64,000 nt of DNA from Eledone cirrhosa (taxonomy: Eukaryota). Under the pieces are notes generated by a model. That model saw only the letters and a list, made by a program, of their open reading frames with translations. It ran no database searches and was not told the DNA's origin. The position numbers and the translations under genes are program-made. Shown piece after piece: positions 47,155 through 60,129 of this stretch. Numbering within the stretch: position 1 is the stretch's first letter; every line of letters begins with the position of its first letter. The stretch is taken from positions 367,722,001 to 367,786,000 of the forward strand of contig OZ024743.1 in NCBI GenBank assembly GCA_964016885.1, given 5' to 3'.

Positions 47155-50100
47155 TGCTATACATCATAATCATCATCATTTTACGTCCGCTTTTCCCTGC
47201 TTGCAAGGGTGGAACGGGTCCTATTCAGCACAGCATCTCTCCACTTGTCACGGTCCTTCGTCATCTCCTCGGTGAGTTTCAGCGATCTGAGGTCTGTTCT
47301 CACCACCTCCGCCCATGTTTTTCATGCTACCTCAACTGCGTCTTCCTTCTACTGGGATTTCTTGGCACTTCTTTACCCAACGGTCATCCTCCATGCGCAT
47401 CACATGTCCATACCATCTCAGCCTTCTCTCCTGCACACCACAACTTATCTCTCTTATACCGAGTTTCTTTCTCAACTCGTCTATGCTTGGATGTTCACGC
47501 ACATTGACATTGCACATCCAACGGAGCATACTTGCTTCATTTCTCTCCATCCGTAGCATATCCTCTGCAGTTGCTGCCCATGTCTCACTACCATGCAGCA
47601 TCGCGCACCTCACACAGGCATCATATAACCGCCTTTTCGTACGCAGGGAGAAATCATTTTTGTCAACAAAGGAAGCAGCTCCCTAAAATTCTTCCAACCC
47701 GTCCTTATTCTAGATACTATGGCCTCGGAACACCCCCCCCCCCCCCACTCCCATGCTAATCTGATCACCTAGGTACCAGAAGCTATCAACCACTTCTATA
47801 GAACCCACCTGCATTGAAAAAATGTGTTTATCACTGCGATTAATACTGCCAACTTTCCCTGTATATCTACTGCATACGTAGTTTTCCCTACCTGTTAGTT
47901 TGCCTGCTATCCCACTACATCTCTTGTGTACCCAAGATCTGCATTGCGTACATTTTATGGAATGTATGCCAGTTCCTTTGCTACATATCGAACATGGCCA
48001 TTTCCCTGATGGAATCAGGGTTTTGTCCTCTTTTCTACTTATCAACACTTTTGTCTTAGCTATGTTCACTCTCAGTCCTCTTGATTCCAACTGCTGTTTC
48101 CATAGCCAGAATTTATTCTCTAGCTCCTTTACTGATTCTGCTATCAGAACCAGATCATCAGCATAGAGAAGTTTCCATGGGCATCCAGTCTTAAGCTCCT
48201 CTGTTATGGCATGGAGAACTATAATGAACAAGAGTGGGCTGACGACCGAACCCTGATGTACATCTACTTGTATCTTGAATTCCCCACTAAAATCCATACC
48301 TACTTTCACTTTACTGACAGCACCCCTGTACATAGCTTGCACTGCCCTCACAAGCCATTCCTCTACACCTAGTTTCCTTAGGGACCACCAGATGACAGAT
48401 TGGGGTACCCTATCAAAGGCCTTCTCTAGGTCAACAAAAGCTAAGTATAGTGGCTTATTCTTTTCTAAGAACTTCTCTTGTAGTTGTCTCACTAAGAAGA
48501 GCGCATCTGTTGTACTTTTCCGAGACACAAAACCAAACTGCATCTCATCTAATTTGACCCTTTCTCTAATCAGTTGCGTTAATATTCTCTCTGCCCCTTT
48601 CATAACCTGATCAATCAGCTTTATGCCCCTATAATTGCTCCTCTCTAGAGCATCCCCTTTACCTTTGTAGCAATTTATGAGAATACTGCTGCACCAGTCT
48701 TTGGGTATGACACCACCATATATAACCTGATTGATGATGCGTGCAACCAGTTTAATGCCTACGTCCCTTGATGCCTTCAGCATCTCAGCAACTATCCCCG
48801 ACAGTCCAGCAGCCTTACCATTCTTCATTTCTTTAATTGCCTCTTGGATCCTATATTCGTCAATCTCAATATCTGGTCCTCTGTCAGATCTACTGAGGGT
48901 AATTTCTCTCTCTCCCATTCATTCTCCACATTCATCAGTCTGTCATAATGACATTTCCAGGCCTCCTTTTTTTGATCATTTGTGACACTAAGTACAGCGG
49001 CATCATTCCGGACACATTTATCTCCAACAGCATCCTGATTTGCATTGACACACTGCCTTGCAATGTGGAACACCGCACGCCTCTGATCTTCCCGTCGCAG
49101 AACATTGGCAAACCTCCTACTCTCAGCCTCCCTGCGTGCCAAGTACACCTGACGTCTAGCTTCTCTCCTAGTGGCTCTGTATCCTTCCCTACTCCCACCA
49201 TTTTTCTAAGCCTTCCATGCCAGTCTTTTGTCTCTAATGGCGCTATCTACCGTGCTGTTCCACCACCAGGTCACTCTCTGTCTCGTTGGTGCTCTGCTCC
49301 AGCCAAAAGTTTCTTCAGTAGCCTGCAGTAAGTTGTCACGCAAGAAATTCCAGTTATCATCTATGTCCTAAATCGTCTTCTTTTTCGTCATACACGTCTT
49401 GAAGGGCTTTGCTAAATTTATATTTTAATGAAAGGTCTTTTAGCCTCCAGACCTTTCTTTTCCACACCTTCCTGTGTGTCTCATTCTTTCTCATACTTAC
49501 TGAGATGTCACTAACGACTAACCTATGCTGTGGGGTACATTCTTCCCCAGGGTAAGCCTTAGTATTTGACACCATCTGTCTGTCTCGCTGTCTAACTAGG
49601 AGGAAGTCAATCTGGCTTATGTGTTCACCTGATTTGTAGGTTATTAGGTGGTTGGTAGGTGTCTGGAAGTTAGTGTTGCAAATGGTTAGTGCATTTGCAT
49701 CACAAAATTCAAGAAGTCTTACCCCTTCATTTCTTGAGCCGTATCCGTGCCCACCATATACCCCAGTATATCAATCCTGGAGCTGTCCAACATGTCCATT
49801 GAAGTCCCCTGCTAGCATAACGATGTCTCTGTCCTCTCTCATTGAGGCTGTTTGTAAAAGTTGCTTGTAATAGCAGTCTTTCTCTTCTTTACCTAGGCCT
49901 GCCTGGGGAGCATAGGCAGAGATGATTGTCAGTAGTCTCTTGCCTACAACTAATCTAAGCTTAATTATTCTATCAGTAACTCTAACTACCTCTATTGTCT
50001 TATCGATCCACCTCTCAGCCAGTAATATGCCCACCCCACCTAACCCATCATCATTACCCACCCAGAAAAGCTTATAACTACGATGTTTGCCTGCGATGAG

Positions 50101-50400
50101 TCTTGAGAGGCACCTCTCTATCTCACCTCTTGCACACAGCACACATCCACATGCCTTCTCTCCAGCATCTCCGCTATCTCACCAGATCTACCTGTAGTGC
50201 CAACATTAAGTGTGGAAACTCTGAGATGTGACGTCTCGTCCTTTTTCCTGTTGTGCGATTGCTTGATGACGGTCGTGGGGATCTCACACATAGCCTCACT
50301 AGCCACCCTACTACCGTGTGCGCAGCCCTAACATGGTTAGTGTTATTGCTGTTTACGCAGTTGTTGCAAATTTCAATCGTTGTGTTCATAGTGTTTGGCA
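47155..50400 (-). mobile_element. Near full-length RTE LINE with frameshifts and short 3' end
   Basis: APE (STLNVGT..CVQEVR, SAYAPQ, GDFNGH), 402-aa RT ORF 47710-48918 including the PHD region, C-terminus and (TGA)n tail. Confidence 0.93.
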
Positions 50401-50784
50401 GTAGTATATATACTGGTTGGATGCCCTTCCTAACACCAGCACCACTTTACAGCATGGACTGGGTGCGTCTATTCATGCCACCAGCACTAGAAAGGTTGTC
50501 TTACTGGACTCCGGGCTCTCTTTACCCCTCAATTTTACAGCATGGACTGGGTGCTTTTATTCGTGCCACCAGCACTAGGGAAGTTATCTTACTAGACTTA
50601 CACTTCTCTACCCTGAACCAATTTATTCGGAGTGGTAGCTCTCCTAGACAGGTTTCTACACTACGGCTTACGGAGCCTCCATCCACCCCTTGTCTGTTCT
50701 ATGATATATTCACAAGGGAGCGGTTATCATACAGCGTTGGACATGTATACCAAATATATATATAGAGAGAAGTACTGACCATCA

Positions 50785-51165
50785 GAGTAGTCCATCAGAT
50801 AAAAAAATAATTACTGGATAAGTCCAGGTATTTACGAATTTTATTCCATTCAGCAATGGAAGCAGTGACCCTCACATTTACCGCATCATCCATGATGTGG
50901 GAGGGAGCAAATGATTCACTGACTGTGACGTCACAGATGAGATATGTATCTCTTACCCAGGGACAAAGGGTAAGGCCGTTTGGTCTCTTCCCATCACTTC
51001 TGGATAACCCCACCAGCTCCAGAATTAAGGGGATATTTACCCGAGCTAGGATCTGTTTGATGATCGGTGTAGCGGGTGAAACGACCAGCATTCAGGCGAC
51101 AGAACAAACCATTTAGACTTGTGGAGTTGAGGGACCTACCATAACAACATCTCAGACCCCCCACA
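50785..51165 (-). mobile_element. Fragment of a CRE-type element (restriction-like endonuclease region)
   Basis: LARVNIP..GLSRSDGKRPNGLTLCPW..CDVTVS..KIRKY; homologous to about 62650-63040. Confidence 0.85.
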
Positions 51166-52178
51166 CACGTCTATCATCTCTGTGTATTTCTATTTTCTCT
51201 GATACACATACAAATATCCTTAAGAGACTCTTTAACCTGAAAACTGACTCAACACACTGCAGAGTTGATAATTTATTCGTTTTGTAATTGATTTTTGACA
51301 AAGAAAAGAAAAGAAACTAGAGTATTTTTTTCATTATATTTCTTTCCTTATTATTTCTTCAAATCTTCACTGAGAAAAAAACAATCAATCAAAATTTATA
51401 GCCAAGGAAGACTATAGGTACACAAGAAACCCTACCTCAATCTTTCACAGTCATCAGTCAATTTCAAGTTTTCCACCATCTTCCTCCTTATCTATTCCTC
51501 GATATTGTTCAACCAGCCCCTTTGAGGTTTCCCCATAACTCTTTTACCAGAAGTTTGCATGACTATATTGACTAGAGGTATGGTGTTATTGGGTCATGTT
51601 CCATGGCAAAATCACTTCATTTTCTGCCTTTTGACGATTGACTGGAGAATTTAGTGGTTTGCAGTCATCTTAACAATTTTTTTTATATATATACAGCAAT
51701 TCAATACAACATCTTGATCACAAATATGATCTAGCAGTGATTCGGTATGTATGATGATTTTTCTACTTGTCCCCATGTTCTTATGAAGAATTTGCCTCCT
51801 GATGATTAAACTTCACTTCTTCTAGCAATGGTTATTCCAATATTTTAAACTTCCAAATGCTGTGTCTTTGAGTTTTTGAAACCATGGTTGGTGCATTATA
51901 TGTGTTGGAATTGGCTTCCTTTAACCAATTTTGACTTATATCCCCCAACAAAGTATGATTTGGGCTTAAATTTAATATTTTTAGTACTTCTCTGAGTGGA
52001 TTACTGGTTTATTAATTTATCAATATATCCTTTCATTGAGTTGCATATGTATTAGAGACAATTATTTTATAAAGTTGTAAATTAAGGATTCTTTGACTTG
52101 CTATCCAATTTTTCTTTGGCAATGCATCTATGTATATACATATGTATATATATATATATATATACATATACATATGTA

Positions 52179-52236
<58 letters not shown>

Positions 52237-52387
52237 TATGTGTGTGTGTGTGTGTGTATGTATGGATGGTAACAATCGATCTTATAACATCTTTTCTCTC
52301 AGATCTTCTTATACCATTGCACCTGTATAATTCTTACACACACGCATAGTGTGGATACATTTGTCTAGACAATACTTTACCTTTGTA

Positions 52388-52558
52388 TCATCATCATCAT
52401 CATCATCATCATCAGGTTTAGCGTCCGTGTTCCACGCTTGCATGGGTTTGGACGGGGGTTTTCCCACTTGAGGCAAGAGTGGTTGTCTTGCTCGCATAGG
52501 ACTGTCTGGCGGGTTTTCTACAGTTGGATGCCCTTCCTAACACCAACCACATTTACAG
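52388..52558 (-). mobile_element. SINE or RTE 3' end fragment
   Basis: (TCA)n..CCACGCTTGCATGGGTT..GGATGCCCTTCCTAACACCAACC; near-identical to about 11398-11557. Confidence 0.8.
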
Positions 52559-52611
<53 letters not shown>

Positions 52612-52749
52612 TTATGCATATTTATATATCTGGAACAATCTGTATGTATGTATATGTGTGTATATGAGATAAACTGTATTAGAGACAGTTTACTTTGTAG
52701 AGTTATATATATATATAGAGAGAGAGTTTTATATATATATATAGAGAGA

Positions 52750-52790
<41 letters not shown>

Positions 52791-52799
<9 letters not shown>

Positions 52800-52925
52800 A
52801 TTAATAAATGGAAACTATATTTATAAAACCATATTTATTTCATTATATATATTTCAAGGATATCAAGTTAAAATGAAATAAATATGGTTTTATAAATATA
52901 GTTTCCATTTATTAATATTGTATAT
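52791..52925. repeat. Perfect 54-bp inverted repeat with 27-nt loop
   Basis: 52791-52844 is the reverse complement of 52872-52925; abuts (TA)n. Confidence 0.93.
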
Positions 52926-53007
52926 CTACTCCAAATATGTGTCGAGTGCTTTATATCAGTTATAATAATATTTGCTTGTTGTATCCCAACAATTTAAATA
53001 GAACTTT

Positions 53008-53059
<52 letters not shown>

Positions 53060-54384
53060 TGGAAAGAGATGGAAGAGAGAGAGAAAGAGAAAGAAAGAGG
53101 CAGTCAGACAGACAGAGACAAATAGTAAAGCAAAGAGTTAGAGAGAATTGAGGAAAGAACCCAATGAATAGGTGAGGAATATATGATGAAGTTTGTAACT
53201 AGCAAGTTTTCAGTGAGAAACAAATGAGTTTGGAAATCTGTAAGCAGCAAGAGAATCAGATTACATCACTGGGTGAGACTGACAATCTGACAATCGTAGT
53301 AAAGCTCTTTCACCTGCAATAGTCATTGCATGGTTAAATTTAGTGATAGTTTATTTTTTCCTCCTTCTCAAAGAACTGAACTTACTTGCCAGTGGAACCT
53401 GTTGCACATGAAAGTTGTATCAAGCAGCAGAATATAGATATGGAGTTCTAATTTTGGTAAGTAACAGACTTCTAAATTGCACTTTTAAGAAAATTCATTC
53501 TGCTTTTCAGATCAGTACTGCTGGTGGGGGAATTTATTTACTTTTAATGTTTGTTTGTGTTTTCAAGTTTACTGTAGTCAGCCAGACAAGTAGGTTCTAC
53601 GAAAATGTTCTTTATTTCACAACACGTAAGCATTAATTCTAAAGGCAAGACTAATTCAATTCATTTGCAGCTTTTTTGTTCTTAAATGAAAAGTTTGTGT
53701 AATTTTCCTCATATTAACTAAAGTGTAAAGAACTTTCATCTATGCTAGCTATAATAAAACTTTTGAATACATGTAAGCTAGAAGGTTGCTTAGCAAATAC
53801 AAATGCACACACACACACTCATACTATATATATAATGTGAGTCTGTGTAAATATGTGTGTGTCTGCTCGTGTGTATATATGCATATATATATATAAATAT
53901 ATATACATACATACACATACATACATCCATACATACACACATAGATATATACATACATATACATACATACATACACACATACATACATACATACATACAT
54001 ATATGTACATTATTTATGAGTGTGCATGTATAAATATACATGAATGCACACATACGCACACACATATATGTATACACAAAAGCACACTCACACACATATG
54101 CATATATTGTGAATACATGTTATTTTATGCCAGATGAGTTATTATATATAACCTGTTCTTTATATGTTTACCTTTGATGATTTTTGAAGAATGACACCAG
54201 TTAATGGACTAATGTTTTGCTAATGTAACATTACCGCCATTGATCACAGAACATAGATTCTGCTCTGTTAGAGTTCATTGAGTGTTTACACTCAGTGCTG
54301 ATACTTGCTCAATATTAAAGAATTTTATTAATTTAAAACATGATAACTAAGTTAGCATTTGGGTATAATTTAGAGAAATTATAC

Positions 54385-54626
54385 TATTGCTGTTGTTGGT
54401 AGTGGTGGTGTTGATGTTGGTATTGGTAGTGTTGTAGTTCTTGATGCTGTTGATGATGAAAATGATGATGATGATGATGAGATGTTAGTGCTGTGGCTGC
54501 TGCTGCTGATGATGATGGCAGTGGTGGCAGCAGTGACAGCAGTCGTGGTAGTGGTGGTGGTGGTGATGATGATGGTGGTTGTGGTGGTTGTGATGGTGGT
54601 GGTGGTAATGGTGGTGACAATGATGA
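54385..54626. repeat. Compound trinucleotide low-complexity tract (TGG/TGA/TGC)
   Basis: Direct reading; produces poly-T, poly-H and poly-P ORFs in all minus frames. Confidence 0.9.
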
Positions 54627-56210
54627 CTAACACTGGAAGAATTAAACTCAGAATTTAAAAAAAAATGAAAAATCACATGCCACCAGTTCCAGTGTGTTGC
54701 TAGAGTTAGGGATTATACCACCCTAGAATAATCCACCCACTGACAAGATTTTTTTTACCCTTAATGTAATTTTCAGGGAGATTCAGCATGAAACAGTGTA
54801 TGACAAAGCTGGCCCTTTGAATGACAGACACAGTTTATTTGATGGGCTTTAAAACAATGTCTATCAACCCAATTTCCTCCACAATGCTAGGGAAACCTGA
54901 GGCTATAGCTAAAAACATAATTCTAAATAACCTTTTAATGTCCCATCATTGAATATGTTACTGTTAACATAACTATTTAGATTTAAGTGTTCTTGTAAAA
55001 TCCATGACACTGTATCACTATGCTTGTGACAAAACAGAACTGCCAATAGCTTGGCTAGAATCCTGTCTTTTTAGTCATCCAAATCTCATTTAGTGTTACA
55101 GTCAAAGCTTATTTAACACTAACTCCCTATTCTTTAGATTATAAAATGACTGAAATATCTTTGTTTTATTCACTCAGTAATATCTGTGTTCTGCAGATAC
55201 TACTAGATCAGTTCCATCACCCCTTAAAAAGCTTTTATTACACATTTGCCATTTTTACTGCCTCTTTGCTTTAACATATCTTTTCTACACCTCTGTTACT
55301 TTACACACACTTCAAAGATGAGCCATCTGGGTAGGAAAGGTAACTAATACCTACCCAGATTAAAACTATAAATATTTATTATTAAATAAAGTAAATGATT
55401 TCCAATTTACTATGAAAATGGTAATTTAATGCATGGAATTTATTGTATAGTTTCGTAAATGACTTCTGTGTTTGATGTTAGATAGACACAATTTCTCATG
55501 ACTTTCTAGCTTAATGTACATACAAGATGTAATGCTATTAAAGCCACGTTATCAGTTCAGCTCTATATTACATTAATAGAGTGTTAATAAACAAAATAAA
55601 TTCTTTATTTTCATGTAATATCATTATAGTGAGAATTGTGCGCATGTGTGTTTGCGACCATCTTCATCACCTTATCAAATGTTTTGCTATGCTTGCACTA
55701 GGAAGTAGCTATTCTCCTGCACAGCACATTCCCATTCATCACAGTTCTTAGTCATCTCCATTATGAGATTCATCTTCAACACTTTGTCTCATGCTTTTCT
55801 TGGTATCTCTTTTACACAGGTTCTTTCTACTTCAAGCATTCAGCCCTTCTTAATTTAAATGGAATTTCCTAAATCCATTATATGTCCATACTAGTGCAGT
55901 CTTCTTTCTTGCATGCTACATATAATTCCTCTTATATCCATATTTTTTGTGTATTCTTTGCTATATATACACATTTTTTTACTTCTCTGTTATGCACACA
56001 ACTTTCATCCTCCATTGCTATACAATCATACAATTATGGCTCATATATTTAGTCATACATTGGAGCCATACTCCATTTGTTCCTTCTACAGTATCGTCAG
56101 TACATACTGAAAGCCTCCATTTTTCATTGTTAATATATTCAGCTATAAGACCATCCACTGATTTTTTTGTTTTCTGCATGATTTATATTTCTAACAATTA
56201 TCATCATCAT

Positions 56211-56392
56211 TATTGGCAGTATCGGTAGAGGGTCGGACGCCATGCTTTCCAGCATAGTTACGTCCCTTTACGATCTGAGTTCAAATCCCGCCGAGGTTGA
56301 CTTTGCCTTTCATCCTTACGGGGTCGATAAAATAAAGTACCAGTAATGCACTGGGTAATTGCTGGTCTTGTGCCTAAAGTAGAAACAATTAT
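56211..56392 (+). mobile_element. Young tRNA-derived SINE
   Basis: Near-identical reverse complement of about 32825-33003. Confidence 0.88.
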
Positions 56393-56429
56393 TAGTATAT
56401 TACACCTGCATTCCATCCTAGTATATATA

Positions 56430-57360
56430 AACTTCTTCTTCTTTGCCTACTTATTCCTGAGAGGGTCATGGGAGCAGTCCTCACTCCTTCCAGTGGGTCC
56501 TGTCAGAAGCAACCATCTCCAACTGATCTGCCTGGATTCCCAAGCAAGACCAGCCAAGCTCATGGATGTTAGCCAACCATCTTGCTCAGAGTCTACCCCT
56601 GGGTCTCCTGCCAGTTAGTTTTGCCTGTAAAATATGTTCAGCGATTCTTTCCTGAGACATTCTAACAACACACCCATAGTATCGGAGCTGTGAACTCTCA
56701 ATTCAGAGAAGTAGAAGCTCTACCTGAAGTGACTCTCTGATCTCTGAGCTATGAATTCTATTGTGTAACGTTACTCTAAAGACCCATCAGAGAAACCTGA
56801 TTTCAGTCGCTTGTATTCATGATCATATTTCTTTGGTTGTTACCCAAGATTCATGACCAGAGATGAAGGCTGGCACGAATGCTGAATTGAAAACAACAAG
56901 TTTGGCTTTAACACCTACCTCCCTTCTTCTCATTACTGAATGCTGCAGCTGGTGAATTAATGCACCAGCTCCTGAATTCTTGTACTCAATTCAGCCTCCT
57001 CCCTTCTATCACTCATGGACACGGCCCCGAGATACTTGAACTTCTCCATCTGCTTCAATGGAACTCCATTCACATATAAAGTGCACTGTGCAGGATTCTT
57101 TGAGAGGGCGAATGTCTGTTTTCACAGCACTGATTTTTTCTTCCAGCTATGCAGCACTTGGCATCAGACCAAGTCGGAGATCACCTTCTGTCAAGTTAAG
57201 TAGCACCATGTTGTTTGCAAATTAGGCCTGACTGATTTTACACCTGCCAGTCATGATACCACTTCCAACCCAGCTGCACATGTCAATCCTGTTCAAGAAA
57301 ATAATGAACAGGAGAGGTAACAGTATGCACCCTTGGCAATGCCCAACTCTCACAGTGAAT
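56430..57360 (-). mobile_element. Decayed RTE-clade LINE 3' part from a different family (no PHD insert seen)
   Basis: Minus strand QGCILLPLLFIIF, LKQMEKFKYLG and RRPRGR motifs; (GAA)n tail near 56432. Confidence 0.65.
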
Positions 57361-58097
57361 GGTTTCAATGCAATTTATCATTTATTTGAGAACTTTTCTA
57401 TAACTGGATGCCCTCCTGTCAGCACTTTACAGAGTGTACTAGGTGTATTTATAGTGTAGATCACCAACAGTAGGGAGGTTGTCATGTCATTGACACAACA
57501 CAATTCTGCAGAACAAAATCTCATCATTTAACATCAGTTTAGTCATTTAAGAACACACAAAATATTAATTTTTTTATTTATCTCCCAATAGTACAGTCTA
57601 TTTTTGCATTTCTGCAAACCTGATCACACATACAATTTCACTTCATCTATTAAAAATCAATTACTGGCAAGTTTTTATAAGCCTCCGAGGTATTCTTTCC
57701 ATTCTGTTCCTTTTCTTTTCTCTCACTTTTTCCCTTTGTTTCTTTTCTTAGTAACATTCAACTTTAAGCATGTCAGTTTGATATATAAAATAATTCTTTT
57801 ATGCTTTGGTCAATTGTTCTTTTGTGTGTGAATGAAATTACATTTTTTAAAGCTTTGTAACTATATGACTCTGTTGTATTGTTGCTTTTTGAACTTTGGA
57901 TTTATGGGTCTTTTGTCATTCTCAGATTCAATTCCACTTTGTTCTCTTTCTCTCTCTGTATTATATATTTATTTTGTATCATTATTTTTATTAATAGTTA
58001 TTAATAGTATTATTTTTTTCCCCCATGGAAACAGGTTTTTAATATTTCAAAATGTTGTTCATTATGTATTGATGCATTAGCTCAAATATCTGCCTAT

Positions 58098-58460
58098 ATC
58101 ATCATCACCATCATCATCATTACTGTTTAACATCTATTTTTTCATGCTAACATGGGTTAGTTGAGTTGACCAATTTTGTGACTAGCTAGATCAGATGACC
58201 ACGTCTTGTTCATACAGAACTGTTTCTGGCTTGGTTTCTATAGTTGGATGCCCTTCCTAATGTCAACCACGTTTACAGTGTGGACTGGGTGCTTTTTATT
58301 GTGGCACTCAAATGATCACTTTACAGGGTGGACTGGCACTTTATTGTCATGACACCAACACGACTACTTTACGGTGTGGACATTACAGTGAGTCATGTCA
58401 CCCGCACGACCACTTTACAGTTGCATAAAAATGATCACTTTACAGTATGGACTGGGGACT
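58098..58460 (-). mobile_element. SINE or RTE 3' end with 3-4 diverged copies of the 48-bp unit
   Basis: (TCA)n tail, GGATGCCCTTCCTAA motif and repeated ACTTTACAGTGTGGAC units. Confidence 0.75.
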
Positions 58461-60129
58461 TATCTATTAATATGAGTTGATTTCAACAATTATGTATTTA
58501 CCTGATACTAAAGTAAGGCTAAAATTTACATCCTATTAAGTCACAAACCTCAGCCCAATAATATGGTTTCATGGTTATCCAATCAAGTCCTTATCATTAT
58601 ATTTAACTCCAAAAGAATTATCACAAAATAGCAAAGGTTTTGTAATGTGTATAGAGATATTAACAATCCAGATGTCAATATAATGCACACTGGAAAATTT
58701 TTACTATTTTATGACCATTTGATTTTAGTTAAATGTAGAGCCAAAGAATTGTTTGAGATAACAATGGGAATATCTGTGAATTACTGGATTCTAGAATTTA
58801 GACTCATTGTGGAAGAGATTTTGTTCTTTAGAATTTGGTCTTTAGCCTGTTGATGGACTACTTTTGCAAAGTATGAATGATCACACAGCATATGCTGTTT
58901 GAAAGGAATTCATCTGCATATTCAAAAGATTATAGTTAATTATCCCAGTAGCAACATATTTAATAGATATAACTCTAGATTTAGGTGCAGGAAAATACTG
59001 GCTTATAATAAACCTAATAAGAAATTGAATTATATTAATATAAATATCAACCGTTACTCAAACTCAATAATTCTTAAAACGTAGTTAATAGCATTTATAA
59101 GCATATAACTAGCTTATCCTCTGACAAAGTATGATTTAACATGGATACACTTAAAAACAGTGACTTCAAAAAACACAGATGCAGGGAAAGACATGTTTTC
59201 TTGGGCTCTGCTAGAGTCAGCAGCAACACACACCATGTGCTACACACAAGGAAAAAAAACCCCAATAGAGATATGTACATTTATATCTAAATAGCGTTAT
59301 TATTATTTACTGATGTGAAATACATGTTCATTAATATACGTGTCTGTATATATACTTATATGTATGTGTGTGCACTTTCTTGTGATTGGAAACATTTTCC
59401 TGACCTTCAAATTCAACACCAAACGAGGTAAACATTTTCAACTTTTCCCTTTTTTTCGCATGAGTGTGTGCTTTGTCTGAGACAACTTGAAAGTATTCTT
59501 CAAAGAACTGAATTTTACCATTCTGTTGGATCACTTAACTCTCAGGGACATTCAAATGGATTTTACCATTTACAATCTACAGAGAGGAATAAAGGATCTT
59601 CAGAAGAAAAATTTAAAATTTAAAAGGATTGGTTGTGGCAACAATGCATGGAACCAACCTGGAGCAATTGTATCACACAATTATACATTCCTCCTTAAAG
59701 TACACTTACAATTTTTCAAAAACAAACCCCCCAAAAATAAAATAAAAGTTAATAATTATAAATGGCGAGGAACTGCCACTAGCTTCACAAGAAGAGATAA
59801 CACATGGCACCATCCCATCACCCTCTTGAAATAACCTGAATCTATTTATAGACAGGTGTGACTGAAAGGTCAATCTATACTTCCATTCTATTTCACAGAA
59901 TTAGAAGCTTTGACCACTTGATAGAATTCAGGAACAGTTATGTAATCACTCTGCAATTGTAATCATCTTGTATCACTGTCATTAGATTTTGTACTTCTAA
60001 CGTTTTTATTTTCCTTCTCTTTGCATGTTCATTGCTCTTTCTCTTTCACTGTATTTACCTGCCTCTCACATGATCACACTCATCTCCATGCACTCATAAT
60101 CTTCTACTTCCTTCTCCACTTTCTATCCC

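Noticed and set aside
47710-48918. Intact active retrotransposon or domesticated RT gene
   Set aside because: Flanking APE and C-terminal regions are broken by frameshifts and stops; no copy in the window has a complete ORF.
52033-54676. YI-, CV-, His- and Thr-rich ORFs
   Set aside because: Translations of (TA)n, (TG)n, (TACA)n and trinucleotide tracts.
56211-56295. tRNA gene
   Set aside because: Has A/B-box-like motifs but no cloverleaf, and continues into a SINE core present in several copies.
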